A stretch of 64,000 nucleotides of DNA from NCBI GenBank assembly GCA_016713865.1, contig JADJOG010000001.1:2274-66273 (forward strand). Reading direction: 5' to 3'. Positions 1-9,432 of this stretch are shown here, piece after piece. Origin of the DNA: Flavobacteriales bacterium (GTDB lineage Bacteria > Bacteroidota > Bacteroidia > Flavobacteriales_F > PHOS-HE28). A model generated the notes under the pieces. That model ran no database searches. It had not been told where the DNA came from and worked only from the letters and a program-made list of their open reading frames with translations. Position 1 is the stretch's first letter, and each line of letters starts with the position of its first letter. The translations under genes were made by a program, and so were the position numbers.

Positions 1-113
1 ATACGCTCCTCGGTGCGCACCGTGCCCGCGCTGGTCACGCAATCGTCCCACTGATCGCGCTGGCAGCCGGTGAGTGCGAGCAGCAGGAATGGGAGCGCGC
101 GCTTCAGTTCCAT
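1..113 (-). CDS. 5' fragment of a lipoprotein gene. The start codon lies near 111-114 and the gene runs off the window start. It has a signal peptide and an LTGC lipobox, and is possibly DUF2807/head-GIN-like.
   Basis: Reverse-complement translation gives MELKRALPFLLLALTGCQRDQWDDCVTSAGTVRTEER. Its ATG lies 4 nt downstream of the stop of the upstream minus-strand gene, suggesting an operon. The family assignment rests only on the 'G.V.TE.R' motif. Confidence 0.4.
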   Translation of the reverse strand, partial: MELKRALPFLLLALTGCQRDQWDDCVTSAGTVRTEER

Positions 114-1189
114 CGGTAGCCGATGCCGAACTCCCAATGATCGGCGGTTGCGAAGTGGGTCTTGAGGCAGACGCTCGCGAGCAGGTGACGGCCTGAGCGA
201 TAACGTCCACCGATGCGCTGGAAGAGGAACGAGTCGTCGGCGACAGGCGAATAGAGGTAGGCGCCGAAATGGAAAAGCAATTCGCCCTGGCCCATGCGCA
301 AGGCGCCACCGGCATGCGCGCCGAATTGGGTGAGCGCTGCGCGGCTCTTCGCGGCCAGATCCGCATCCTCGGTGGCGAGATCCCCTTTGCTGAAGATGTC
401 GGCGCCAACCGACCATGTGCCTTTGCGGTTCTTCAGCCAGATCATATCCGACGACAAGGAGAACACGGGCTTCTGGCCATTGAGCGGCCGTCCGTTCTCG
501 CTCACCGCGCCCGCCAGCACGATCACATGCTCGCGTTGGCCGAATTCGCAACCGTAGTTGCCTGGCTCCGGCACCGCTGGCCGCTGAGCCGTGGCATAAG
601 ATGCGCCCACCGATGCCGTGATGAAGTTGAGGCCGAGGTTGGGCTGCTTCAAGCTGCCATTGCTCCAATGGTTCACGCTCAATCCGCCGAACAAGGAGAA
701 GCCCCCTGTTTCATACCGCAGTTCGGGCATCACTTGTATGGCGGTATTGATCCGCGAGCCGATCGCGATCTGCCGTGTATTGTCGCGTCGATCGAATGGC
801 TTGGCCACGTATCCCACGCCCCACGCCATGCGCAACCCGAAACTCAATCGTTCGCCATGCACCAACGGCATGGTGAGGTAAGGTGCCGCGCCCACCGCAT
901 CGCCGATGTTCTCCGGATTCGCCATGCGCGTGTGGATCGCGAGGATGCCATAACGCGGCATGCCATACGCCTTATGCCAAGGCCGATCGCCTTTCACCTG
1001 CCGCTCCATGAAGAGCTCGGTGGCACCCGCGTGCCCTTCGACCAGGATCCAGCTCGATGGCCTGTGCGCCCAGAGGAAGCCGAAGTGGCCACGCGCACCG
1101 ATCGACCAGGGCTGCTGGGCGGCACCGGCAATCGTTTGCAGAAAGAAAATCGCGAAGGCGATCGCGCGCATGCACCAAAGGAATGGCAT
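104..1189 (-). CDS. Outer-membrane acyloxyacyl hydrolase / lipid A deacylase (PagL family), 361 aa.
   Basis: ORF track. Signal peptide MPFLWCMRAIAFAIFFLQTIAGAAQ. 'VNHWSNGSLKQPNLGLN' matches the His-x-Ser/NxGxN core of PagL-type hydrolases. The C-terminus ...FGIGYRWN is a typical beta-barrel terminal aromatic signature. Confidence 0.5.
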   Translation of the reverse strand: MPFLWCMRAIAFAIFFLQTIAGAAQQPWSIGARGHFGFLWAHRPSSWILVEGHAGATELFMERQVKGDRPWHKAYGMPRYGILAIHTRMANPENIGDAVGAAPYLTMPLVHGERLSFGLRMAWGVGYVAKPFDRRDNTRQIAIGSRINTAIQVMPELRYETGGFSLFGGLSVNHWSNGSLKQPNLGLNFITASVGASYATAQRPAVPEPGNYGCEFGQREHVIVLAGAVSENGRPLNGQKPVFSLSSDMIWLKNRKGTWSVGADIFSKGDLATEDADLAAKSRAALTQFGAHAGGALRMGQGELLFHFGAYLYSPVADDSFLFQRIGGRYRSGRHLLASVCLKTHFATADHWEFGIGYRWN

Positions 1190-2116
1190 CTACGCCACCA
1201 CCGGCTCGTTCTGCGGGTACCTCACGCGGCCGTACTGCTTCATGTACAGGTCGTAGATGATGCCATCGGCCAAGCCCACCTTCGGAACGAAGACCTCTTC
1301 GATGTCGGCGAGCTCCATCACCCGCAGGAAGATGTCCGCTGCGGGGATGATCACGTCGGCGCGATCGGGGCGCAGGCGCAGCAGCTTCACGCGGTCCTCG
1401 AACGAATGCGCCGCGATGCGGTCGCGCTGCATCTGTATGTCGTTCTTCGAGAGCGGCTCGCCGAAGAGGTTGCCATTCTCCTTGAAGATGCGGTTGATGT
1501 TGCCGCCCGTGCCCACCGCCATGAACTCGCCGTGCTGCGCGCGCAGGTCCACCAGGAAGGCCTGCATCTCCACCCATGCGCTCAGGGGCACCTTGTTCTT
1601 CAGCGTGCGCACCGTGCCGATCTTGAAGCTGGCGCTCTTCACGCGTTTGCCGCCTTCGAGCCAGGTGAGCTCGGTGCTGCCGCCGCCCACATCGATGTAC
1701 AAGTAGGGCCGATCCTTCAGCAGGTCCTGTGTCCAAAAGGTGTTCGTGATGAGGTCGGCTTCCACCTTGCCCGCGATCGTCTCGATGTGCACGCCGCTCT
1801 CCATCTCTACGCGTGTGAGCACCTCGTCCTTGTTCTCCGCCTCACGCATGGCGCTAGTGGCGCAGCAGCGCATGTAGGCCACGCCATACACTTCGGTGAG
1901 CAGCCGGAAGGCCTTGAGGCTCTTGATCAGGTAATCCTGCTTCGCGACGGTGATGCTGCCGCTGCCGAACACATCCTCGCCCAGGCGGATGGGCACGCGC
2001 ACCAGCGTCTGCTTCTTGATGATGGGATGGTCGTCGCGCTCGATCACCTCGCCAACCAGCAGGCGAACTGCGTTCGATCCGATGTCGATGGCGGCGTAGG
2101 TGAGGTCGCGGTCCAT
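1190..2116 (-). CDS. ppx: Ppx/GppA-family exopolyphosphatase / guanosine pentaphosphate phosphohydrolase, 308 aa.
   Basis: Translation from [23 protein letters not shown]... shows the canonical Ppx/GppA N-terminus with the DIGSNA phosphate-1 motif. The ORF-track extension upstream of this Met is translation of the poly-G tract (poly-Pro) and was discarded. Confidence 0.85.
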   Translation of the reverse strand: MDRDLTYAAIDIGSNAVRLLVGEVIERDDHPIIKKQTLVRVPIRLGEDVFGSGSITVAKQDYLIKSLKAFRLLTEVYGVAYMRCCATSAMREAENKDEVLTRVEMESGVHIETIAGKVEADLITNTFWTQDLLKDRPYLYIDVGGGSTELTWLEGGKRVKSASFKIGTVRTLKNKVPLSAWVEMQAFLVDLRAQHGEFMAVGTGGNINRIFKENGNLFGEPLSKNDIQMQRDRIAAHSFEDRVKLLRLRPDRADVIIPAADIFLRVMELADIEEVFVPKVGLADGIIYDLYMKQYGRVRYPQNEPVVA

Positions 2117-2118
2117 GG

Positions 2119-2249
<131 letters not shown>

Positions 2250-2348
2250 CCCCCCAAAGGGAGGGGGGGAAGTATCGGGGGGGGGGGGGGGGCCCCGCGC
2301 CCTCCCCCGCCCCCGGGGGGCTTTCTTCGCCGATCATCATTCCAGCAC

Positions 2349-3869
2349 ATGAGCACCACCAAGCGCAGCGGCGTCGATCGTTTCCTCTCCGTCGTCGAGC
2401 GCGCGGGCAACGCGCTGCCGCACCCGGCCACGCTCTTCGCCATACTCGCGCTGCTGGTGGCAGTGATCAGCTGGATAGCCGACCTCAGCGGACTCAGCGC
2501 CATCCATCCCGGAACAGGTGAAGCAGTAACGCCCAAGAACCTGCTGAGCGCCGAGGGCCTGCACTTCATCCTCACCAAGATGGTGGTGAACTTCACGGGC
2601 TTCGCGCCGCTGGGCACCGTGCTCGTTGCGCTGTTGGGCATCGGCATCGCCGAGGGCAGCGGCTTGATCGGTGCTGTGCTGCGCGCGGTGGTGCTGGCCT
2701 CGCCGAAGAAACTGCTCACCTTCGTCATTGTCTTCGCCGGTGTCATGAGCAATGCGGCAAGCGAAGTGGGTTATGTGCTGCTCGTTCCATTGGCGGCAGT
2801 GATTTTCCTCGCGGCAGGTCGGCACCCCTTGGCGGGCCTCGCAGCCGCGTTCGCTGGCGTGAGTGGCGGCTATAGCGCCAACCTGCTCTTGGGCACCGTT
2901 GATCCTTTGCTGGCCGGTCTCAGCCAGGAAGCCGCGCGCATCATCCGCCCTGACTACACGGTGAATCCTGCGTGCAACTACTACTTCATGGCGGCGAGCA
3001 CATTCATCATTGCAGGGCTGGGCACATGGGTCACCGAGCGCGTCGTAGTTCCACGCTTAGGCGCCTACACCGGCGATGAAAAGGCCGAAGAGATCCGCAA
3101 GGCAACACCCGAAGAACGAAAGGGCATGCTGTACGCGGGCCTCACGGTGGTCGGCGTGGTGGCCATCATCCTTTGGGGGCTGATCCCTGTGGATGGCTTC
3201 CTGCGCGATCCGAAGACGCACGAGATCCTGCACTCGCCCTTCATGAGCGGCATCGTCGCGCTGATCTTCTTGAGTTCCGCGCTGGCCGGTATCGCTTATG
3301 GCATCGGCGCGGGCACCTTCAAGAGCGATAACGATGTTATGAAAGGCATGAGCAAGAGCATGGAGACGCTCGGCAGCTACATCGTGCTCGTGTTCTTCGC
3401 CGCGCAATTCGTGGCCTACTTCAACGAGACCAAGCTCGGCCTCATCCTCGCCATCAAGGGCGCCGATGTGCTCAAGGCCGCTGACCTCGGCGCTATCCCG
3501 CTTCTGATCTGCTTCGTGCTGATCAGCGCCACCATCAACTTGATCATGGGCAGCGCCAGCGCGAAGTGGGCCATCATGGCACCGGTGTTCATTCCCATGT
3601 TCATGCTGCTTGGCTACTCGCCCGAGTTCACGCAGATGGCCTACCGCGTGGGCGACAGCGTTACCAACGTGATCAGCCCGATGATGAGCTACTTCGCGCT
3701 GATCGTGGCCTTCATAGGCCGGTACGATAAGAAGGCGGGCATCGGCACGGTGATCGGCACCATGCTCCCCTACTCGCTCGCGTTCCTCCTCGGATGGACG
3801 GTGCTCTTGATCATCTGGGTGGTCTTCGAGCTGCCCATCGGACCAGGTGCGAGCATGTTCATCAAGTAG
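2349..3869 (+). CDS. AbgT-family transporter (p-aminobenzoyl-glutamate / MtrF-type), 506 aa.
   Basis: [31 protein letters not shown]... followed by multiple transmembrane helices. The length and sequence are typical of the AbgT family. The start was taken at the first ATG after the poly-G tract. Confidence 0.8.
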   Translation: MSTTKRSGVDRFLSVVERAGNALPHPATLFAILALLVAVISWIADLSGLSAIHPGTGEAVTPKNLLSAEGLHFILTKMVVNFTGFAPLGTVLVALLGIGIAEGSGLIGAVLRAVVLASPKKLLTFVIVFAGVMSNAASEVGYVLLVPLAAVIFLAAGRHPLAGLAAAFAGVSGGYSANLLLGTVDPLLAGLSQEAARIIRPDYTVNPACNYYFMAASTFIIAGLGTWVTERVVVPRLGAYTGDEKAEEIRKATPEERKGMLYAGLTVVGVVAIILWGLIPVDGFLRDPKTHEILHSPFMSGIVALIFLSSALAGIAYGIGAGTFKSDNDVMKGMSKSMETLGSYIVLVFFAAQFVAYFNETKLGLILAIKGADVLKAADLGAIPLLICFVLISATINLIMGSASAKWAIMAPVFIPMFMLLGYSPEFTQMAYRVGDSVTNVISPMMSYFALIVAFIGRYDKKAGIGTVIGTMLPYSLAFLLGWTVLLIIWVVFELPIGPGASMFIK

Positions 3870-3936
3870 GTTGGAGGTTGAGGGTTGGTGCAGGTTGTGG
3901 GTTGAGATCACCCCACCCTGGACTTAGGCCCCCAAC

Positions 3937-6570
3937 TCAACGCAGCACTGCCAGCCGCTCCTCCAAGGCCTTGATCTTGATCTCGGCATCGGCTTTCTTC
4001 TTGCGCTCGTTCTCCAGCACTTGCGGCGGCGCGCCATTCACGAAGCGCTCGTTGCTGAGCTTCTTGTCCACGCTGGTGAGGAAGCCGCGCAAGTAGTTGA
4101 GTTCCTCTTCCGCTTTGTTCGCTTCAGCGGCGGCATCCATCTGCGGAAGCAGAACGGCGTATTCCGTTGCTCCAGCGAATACCGCTGTGGCTCCTGATGG
4201 AATTGCACCGAAGGATGCGGCAAGCGCACCTGTGTTGGCGAGCTTATCGACCAACGATGCCGAAGCGGCTGTTAGTGGGCTGCTGCCTGTTGGTCCAAAT
4301 TGCAGTTGCTCCTTGGGCGAGAGGCCACGCTCGTTGCGCACACCACGCACCGCGCTCACTAAGTCGAAGGCGTGTTGCACTTCGGCTTCGATGCGCGCAT
4401 CGCCTGCACCGCCCTTCGGCCAAGCGGCGATGATGATGTCCTCCCCTTCCTTCCGCTCGCGCAGGTGGTGCCACAAGTCTTCCGTGAGGAAAGGCATGTA
4501 GGGATGAAGCAGTTTGAGGACATCCTCGAAGATGCCGATGGTGGCCTCGAATGTCGCAGCATCGATCGGTTGCGAGACGCCATCGACATATGCGGGCTTG
4601 ATCGCTTCAAGGTACCAGCTGCAGAGATCGTCCCAGATCAGCTTGTAGGTGGTCATCAATGCTTCGCTGATGCGGAACTGGTCGTACAAGCCGTCGAGCT
4701 CGGTGGTGGTGCGTTGCACGCGGCTGCGCATCCACGCAACGGCCGCAGCGTTGCCTGCTGACTGATCCTGTTGAGCGACATTCCAACCCTTCACCAGGCG
4801 GAACGCATTCCAGATCTTGTTGCTGAAGTTGCGGCCCTGCTCGCACAGCGAATCATCGTAAGGCAGATCATTGCCCGCAGGCGAGGTGAGCAGCATCCCC
4901 ACGCGCACGCCATCGGCGCCGAACTTGGCGATGAGATCCAGCGGATCGGGGCTATTCCCGAGGCTCTTGCTCATCTTCCTTCCCTGCTTGTCGCGCACGA
5001 TGCCGGTGAGGTACACGTTCTTGAAGGGCACATCATCGCGGTACTCCATGCCCGCCATGATCATGCGCGCCACCCAGAAGAAGAGGATCTCCGGCGCGGT
5101 CACCAGGTCGTTGGTCGGGTAGTAGTACTTGATGTCGGCGTTGTCCTTGTCCTTGAAACCATCGAACACGCTGATGGGCCACAGCCAGCTGCTGAACCAG
5201 GTGTCCACGACGTCCTCATCCTGCTTGATGCCAGCGGTGCTCTGTCCTGCGGTTTTGAATTGCGCGATGGCTTCCGCTTCGGTCTTGCACACGGCCACGT
5301 CGCCGTTCTCGTTGTACCAAGCGGGCACGCGTTGTCCCCACCACAACTGGCGGCTGATGCACCAGTCGCGCACGTTCTCCATCCAGTAGGTGTAGGTGTT
5401 CACGAACTTCTGGGGATGCAGCTTCACGCGGCCGTCCTTCACCACTTCCAGCGCGGGCTTGGCGAGCTCGCCCATCTTCACGAACCACTGCAGGCTCAGG
5501 CGCGGCTCGATCACGGCATCGGTGCGCTCGCTGGTGCCCACTTTGTTCTTGATGTCCTCGATCTTCACGAGGTGGCCCTGCGCTTCGAGCTCCTTCGCGA
5601 TCTTCTTGCGCACGATGAAGCGGTCCTCGCCCAAGTAGAGTTGTGCTGCGGCGCTGAGCGTGCCGTTGGGCTCCAGGATGTCGATTGTCTCGAGCTTGTG
5701 CTTCTTGCCCAACTCGTAGTCGTTCACATCGTGCGCGGGCGTCACTTTCAGCGCACCGGTGCCGAACTCGCGCTCAACGTACTCATCGAAGATCACAGGG
5801 ATGCTACGGCCGATCAGCGGCACGAGCACGCGCTTGCCTTTCAAGTGCGCATAGCGCTCGTCCTCGGGGTGAACGGCAAGTGCGGTGTCGCCGAGGATGG
5901 TCTCGGGACGGGTAGTGGCGATCGTCACCCACTCATCGGCTGTGCCTTCCACCTTATACCGCACGAAGTAGAGCTTCGAGTTCACTTCCTTGTGGATCAC
6001 CTCCTCATCGCTCACGGCCGTCAATGCCACGGGATCCCAGTTCACCATGCGCAGGCCGCGGTACACCAGGCCTTTCTTGTGCAGGTCGATGAAGACGTCG
6101 ATGACCGCTTCGCTGAGGTCGTGCTCCATGGTGAAGCGCGTGCGGTCCCAATCGCAGCTCGCGCCGAGCTTCTTCAGTTGCTCCAGGATCACGCCGCCGT
6201 ATTTCTCCTTCCACGCGAAGGCGTGTTTCAGGAACTCCTCCCGGCCGATCGCGCTCTTCTTGATGCCTTGCTCACCCAGCAAACGCACCACCTTAGCTTC
6301 CGTCGCGATGCTCGCATGGTCCGTCCCCGGCACCCAGCACGCGTTCTTGCCCTGCATCCGAGCGCGGCGCACCAGCACATCCTGGATGGTGTTGTTGAGC
6401 ATGTGCCCCATGTGCAGCACACCCGTCACGTTCGGCGGCGGGATCACCACGGTGTAGGGCTCGCGGTGGTCGGGCACGCTGCGGAAGTAGCCCTTGTCCA
6501 TCCAGTGCTGGTACCACTTGCCCTCGGCTTGCTGCGGTTCGAAATGCTTGGGAATCTCCTGCGTCGACAT
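3937..6570 (-). CDS. valS: Valine--tRNA ligase, 877 aa.
   Basis: MSTQEIPKHFEPQQAEGKWYQHWMDKGYF...; class-I HIGH motif (VTGVLHMGH); KMSKS motif present (RKMSKSLGN); C-terminal coiled coil. The start was trimmed from the ORF-track start to the conserved MSTQEIP. Confidence 0.9.
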   Translation of the reverse strand: MSTQEIPKHFEPQQAEGKWYQHWMDKGYFRSVPDHREPYTVVIPPPNVTGVLHMGHMLNNTIQDVLVRRARMQGKNACWVPGTDHASIATEAKVVRLLGEQGIKKSAIGREEFLKHAFAWKEKYGGVILEQLKKLGASCDWDRTRFTMEHDLSEAVIDVFIDLHKKGLVYRGLRMVNWDPVALTAVSDEEVIHKEVNSKLYFVRYKVEGTADEWVTIATTRPETILGDTALAVHPEDERYAHLKGKRVLVPLIGRSIPVIFDEYVEREFGTGALKVTPAHDVNDYELGKKHKLETIDILEPNGTLSAAAQLYLGEDRFIVRKKIAKELEAQGHLVKIEDIKNKVGTSERTDAVIEPRLSLQWFVKMGELAKPALEVVKDGRVKLHPQKFVNTYTYWMENVRDWCISRQLWWGQRVPAWYNENGDVAVCKTEAEAIAQFKTAGQSTAGIKQDEDVVDTWFSSWLWPISVFDGFKDKDNADIKYYYPTNDLVTAPEILFFWVARMIMAGMEYRDDVPFKNVYLTGIVRDKQGRKMSKSLGNSPDPLDLIAKFGADGVRVGMLLTSPAGNDLPYDDSLCEQGRNFSNKIWNAFRLVKGWNVAQQDQSAGNAAAVAWMRSRVQRTTTELDGLYDQFRISEALMTTYKLIWDDLCSWYLEAIKPAYVDGVSQPIDAATFEATIGIFEDVLKLLHPYMPFLTEDLWHHLRERKEGEDIIIAAWPKGGAGDARIEAEVQHAFDLVSAVRGVRNERGLSPKEQLQFGPTGSSPLTAASASLVDKLANTGALAASFGAIPSGATAVFAGATEYAVLLPQMDAAAEANKAEEELNYLRGFLTSVDKKLSNERFVNGAPPQVLENERKKKADAEIKIKALEERLAVLR

Positions 6571-6589
6571 GAGGTCTGTAAAAGGTCGC

Positions 6590-6597
6590 CAAATGTA
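6590..6597 (-). promoter_or_regulatory. Candidate Bacteroidota sigma-A -7 box (TACATTTG), 19 nt upstream of the valS ATG.
   Basis: The reverse complement reads ...GGGTACATTTGGCGACCTTTTACAGACCTC ATG. It matches the Bacteroidota consensus TAnnTTTG. Confidence 0.4.
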
Positions 6598-6769
6598 CCC
6601 GGCCCAACTTGAAAGCACTTGGCCGCGGCAAGCTGGCGCTGGCGCGTTACTTGCCACCCGCGGCGCGCGCTGCCGAGCCCGCTGTTAATCTCCTGTTAAG
6701 CATGAAGGCGGCTCCGAAGCGCGCCACACATTTGCCGTACCAAGCTCGAAAAACAACACACCCACACAC

Positions 6770-7231
6770 ATGAAGAAGCTTCTCTTCTCCCTCGGCCTCG
6801 GCCTCGCCATGCTCAGCGCCAGCGCGCAAACCAACAGCAAGCCCGTTGGCGGCAGCGGCCCCATGATCAGCGTTGATAAGGAGACGCATGACTATGGCAA
6901 CATCCCCAAGGGCGCCAATGGAACGTGCGAGTTCATGGTGACGAACACGGGCGATGCCCCGCTGATCATCACCCAGTGCCAAGGCAGCTGCGGATGCACC
7001 GTTCCCAAGTGCGATACCGCTCCGATCATGCCCGGACAGAAGAGCGCCATCACCGTGAAGTACGATACCAACCGCGTGGGCGCCATCAATAAGACGGTGA
7101 CCATCACCAGCAACGCCACCAACGCGCCCAGCAAGCTCGTTACCATCCGCGGCAGTGTTGAGGATGCGCCTACCTCGCCCGCTTCGCCGGTGAAGGAAGC
7201 CAGCCCGATGGCTCCGGTGGAGAAGCACTAA
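6770..7231 (+). CDS. DUF1573 domain secreted protein, 153 aa.
   Basis: Signal peptide MKKLLFSLGLGLAMLSASAQ. The core 'HDYGNIPKGANGTCEFMVTNTGDAPLIITQCQGSCGCTVPKCDTAPIMPGQKSAITVKYD' matches DUF1573. The next gene is a paralog. Confidence 0.75.
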   Translation: MKKLLFSLGLGLAMLSASAQTNSKPVGGSGPMISVDKETHDYGNIPKGANGTCEFMVTNTGDAPLIITQCQGSCGCTVPKCDTAPIMPGQKSAITVKYDTNRVGAINKTVTITSNATNAPSKLVTIRGSVEDAPTSPASPVKEASPMAPVEKH

Positions 7232-7252
7232 CCCGCTCCAGCGAACACGACC

Positions 7253-7660
7253 ATGCGTACGATCATCGCCGCAATCGCTGCCGTGCTGCTGCCTTTCGTC
7301 CTGGCAGCGCAATCAGGCCCGCTGATCCAGATCGACAAGCAGGTGCATGATTACGGCACCATCGCCCAAGGCGCCAATGGAGACTGCGTTTTCGTGGTGA
7401 CCAACACCGGCGATGCGCCGTTGATCCTCACCAACTGCAAGGGCAGCTGCGGATGCACCGTTCCGAAGTGCGACACCGAGCCGATCCTGCCCGGACAGAA
7501 AAGCTCCATCTCGGTGCGTTACGACACCAAGCGGACCGGGCCGATCAACAAGAGCGTGACCATCAGCAGCAATGCGGCTAATGAGCCGGAGAAAGTGGTG
7601 CGCATCAAAGGCATGGTCGAAGGCACGGCTGGCACTCCTGCGGGAGGCAGCGCGGAGTAA
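7253..7660 (+). CDS. DUF1573 domain secreted protein (tandem paralog), 135 aa.
   Basis: MRTIIAAIAAVLLPFVLAAQ signal peptide. It is about 70% identical to the upstream paralog across the 'HDYGTIAQGANGDCVFVVTNTGDAPLILTNCKGSCGCTVPKCDTEPILPGQK' core. Confidence 0.75.
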   Translation: MRTIIAAIAAVLLPFVLAAQSGPLIQIDKQVHDYGTIAQGANGDCVFVVTNTGDAPLILTNCKGSCGCTVPKCDTEPILPGQKSSISVRYDTKRTGPINKSVTISSNAANEPEKVVRIKGMVEGTAGTPAGGSAE

Positions 7661-7680
7661 TCCCGACACAAGCAACTTGG

Positions 7681-7704
7681 AAAGGCCTCCGCAAGGGGGC
7701 CTTT
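7681..7704 (+). terminator. Intrinsic-terminator-like hairpin after the DUF1573 pair.
   Basis: AAAGGCCTCC GCAA GGGGGCCTTT forms a 10-bp stem (one G·U pair) with a GNRA loop, followed by CTGTTGTG. Confidence 0.5.
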
Positions 7705-7750
7705 CTGTTGTGCTCCAGTGGCGAACTTCGCCCGCACAACCGACAACCAT

Positions 7751-8977
7751 ATGCCTGCCATCTCAGCCAAAGGCCGCTCGATGCCCCCCTCGCCCATCCG
7801 CAAGCTGGTGCCTTATGCCGAAGCTGCGAAGAAGCGCGGCACGCAGGTGATCCACCTCAACATCGGCCAGCCCGATATAGCCACTCCTGAAGTGGCGCTG
7901 GATGCGATCCGCCATCTCGACCGCACGGTGATCGAATACAGCCATAGCGCTGGCTACGAGAGCTACCGGAAGGGCTTGTCCGCCTATTACGCCCAACACG
8001 GCATCGCCGTCACGCACGAGCAGATCCTGATTACCAACGGCGGCAGCGAAGCCTTGCTCTTCGGAATGATGAGCTGCTTCGAGCCCGGCGATGAAGTGAT
8101 CATACCCGAACCGTACTACGCCAACTACAACAGCTTCGCTATGAGCGCTGGCGTGAAAGTGGTGCCCGTGCGCTGCAGGATCGCCGATGGCTTCGCTTTG
8201 CCTTCGATCAGTGCCTTCGAGGCCTTGATCACACCCAAGACCAAGGGCATCCTCATCTGCAATCCAGGCAATCCCACTGGCTACCTGTACAGCCGCTTCG
8301 AGCTCGAGACCCTGCGCAGCATCGTGCTCAAGCACGACCTCTTCCTCTTCGCCGACGAGGTGTACCGCGAGTTCTGCTACGACGGCGCCAAGCACGTGAG
8401 CGCGTTGGAACTCGACGGCCTCGATCAGCACGCGATCCTGATCGATAGCGTGAGCAAGCGCTACAGTATGTGCGGCGCGCGCGTTGGTGCCTTCATCACC
8501 CGCAACGCTGAGCTCTACGCCACCGCGCTGAAATTCGCTCAGGCACGCTTGAGCCCGCCCACCTTCGGACAGATCGCCAGTGAGGCCGCGCTGCGCACGC
8601 CTCAATCGTACTTCGATGCCGTGGTGGCCGAATACGTTCAGCGCCGCGACATCCTGGTTGATGGCCTGAACAGCATTCCCGGCGTGAGCTGCCCCAAACC
8701 CAAAGGCGCATTCTATTGTGTAGCCGAACTGCCTATCGACGATAGCGATGCGTTCTGCCAATGGCTGCTCGAATCGTTCAGCCATGATGGCCACACCGTG
8801 ATGATGGCTCCCGCCACCGGTTTCTATGCCGACCCGGCGACCGGGCGCAAACAGGTTCGCTTGGCCTATGTGCTCGAGCAGCCCTTGCTGAAGCTCGCAG
8901 TGGAATGCCTGCGGCGCGCCGTGCTTGAATACCCGGGCAGCACCGTGAAGGAGCAAGCCGGCGAAGCTGTCCGCTGA
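7751..8977 (+). CDS. PLP-dependent class I/II aminotransferase (aspartate/aromatic aminotransferase-like), 408 aa.
   Basis: MPAISAKGRSMPPSPIRKLVPYAEAAKKRGTQVIHLNIGQPD...; the motif 'SVSKRYSMCGARVG' carries the PLP lysine. The ORF-track start at 7718 is GTG; I chose the ATG at 7751. Confidence 0.8.
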   Translation: MPAISAKGRSMPPSPIRKLVPYAEAAKKRGTQVIHLNIGQPDIATPEVALDAIRHLDRTVIEYSHSAGYESYRKGLSAYYAQHGIAVTHEQILITNGGSEALLFGMMSCFEPGDEVIIPEPYYANYNSFAMSAGVKVVPVRCRIADGFALPSISAFEALITPKTKGILICNPGNPTGYLYSRFELETLRSIVLKHDLFLFADEVYREFCYDGAKHVSALELDGLDQHAILIDSVSKRYSMCGARVGAFITRNAELYATALKFAQARLSPPTFGQIASEAALRTPQSYFDAVVAEYVQRRDILVDGLNSIPGVSCPKPKGAFYCVAELPIDDSDAFCQWLLESFSHDGHTVMMAPATGFYADPATGRKQVRLAYVLEQPLLKLAVECLRRAVLEYPGSTVKEQAGEAVR

Positions 8978-9090
8978 CCAGGTCGGTCGGCTCTTTCAGC
9001 CCAAGTGTTCATCGTTCCGTAACCGACGTTCGTCGATTGCGTTGAAGCGGCCCGGCATGGCCTACTCCGCCATGCTCCAAACGGACCGAC

Positions 9091-9432
9091 ATGAACACGA
9101 TTTCACGCATACTGATACTGGCTGCATTAGGCATGGCGCCTGCTGCAGCCCTACGTGCGCAGCAAGGCACCATCGGATCGGAGCACCGCTACCAATTCAG
9201 CCTCGCGCAGGCGCCATCGTCCTACAGCGAGAAACTGATGCTCGAGTCCTTCAGCGGCTTGGATCCGGAGATGCGCGTGGACATTGACCGTGGCGAGCGT
9301 TCGCTCAAGATCCTCGCTTATCGCCCGCTCGATCAACAGGAGCTCATCCGCATGGCCGCGAGCCATGGCATTGGCATGCAACCAAGGAATCCGCGTCGGG
9401 ATCCTGATCCAACCTTGATCGGCAATCAATGA
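9091..9432 (+). CDS. Small secreted protein (113 aa). Member A of a three-member paralogous family with a predicted ferredoxin-like/HMA-like βαββαβ core and no CxxC.
   Basis: Signal peptide MNTISRILILAALGMAPAAALRAQ. Its stop (TGA 9430-9432) overlaps the ATG (9429) of the downstream giant gene. It aligns with the proteins at 13062 and 15863, for example KLMLESFSGLDPEMRVDIDRGERSLKILAYRPLDQQELIRMAASHG. Confidence 0.6.
   Translation: MNTISRILILAALGMAPAAALRAQQGTIGSEHRYQFSLAQAPSSYSEKLMLESFSGLDPEMRVDIDRGERSLKILAYRPLDQQELIRMAASHGIGMQPRNPRRDPDPTLIGNQ

Noticed and set aside
3870-3936. GGTTGAG-type short repeats and a possible bidirectional terminator between abgT and valS.
   Set aside because: Only weak, interrupted complementarity. 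Not convincing as a hairpin.
4771-6612. 613-aa + strand ORF.
   Set aside because: It is entirely antisense to valS and is His/Ala/Val/Leu/Arg-rich, as expected from the GC-rich antisense frame. It has no signal or motifs.
7763-8956. 397-aa - strand ORF.
   Set aside because: Antisense to the aminotransferase; compositional artefact.
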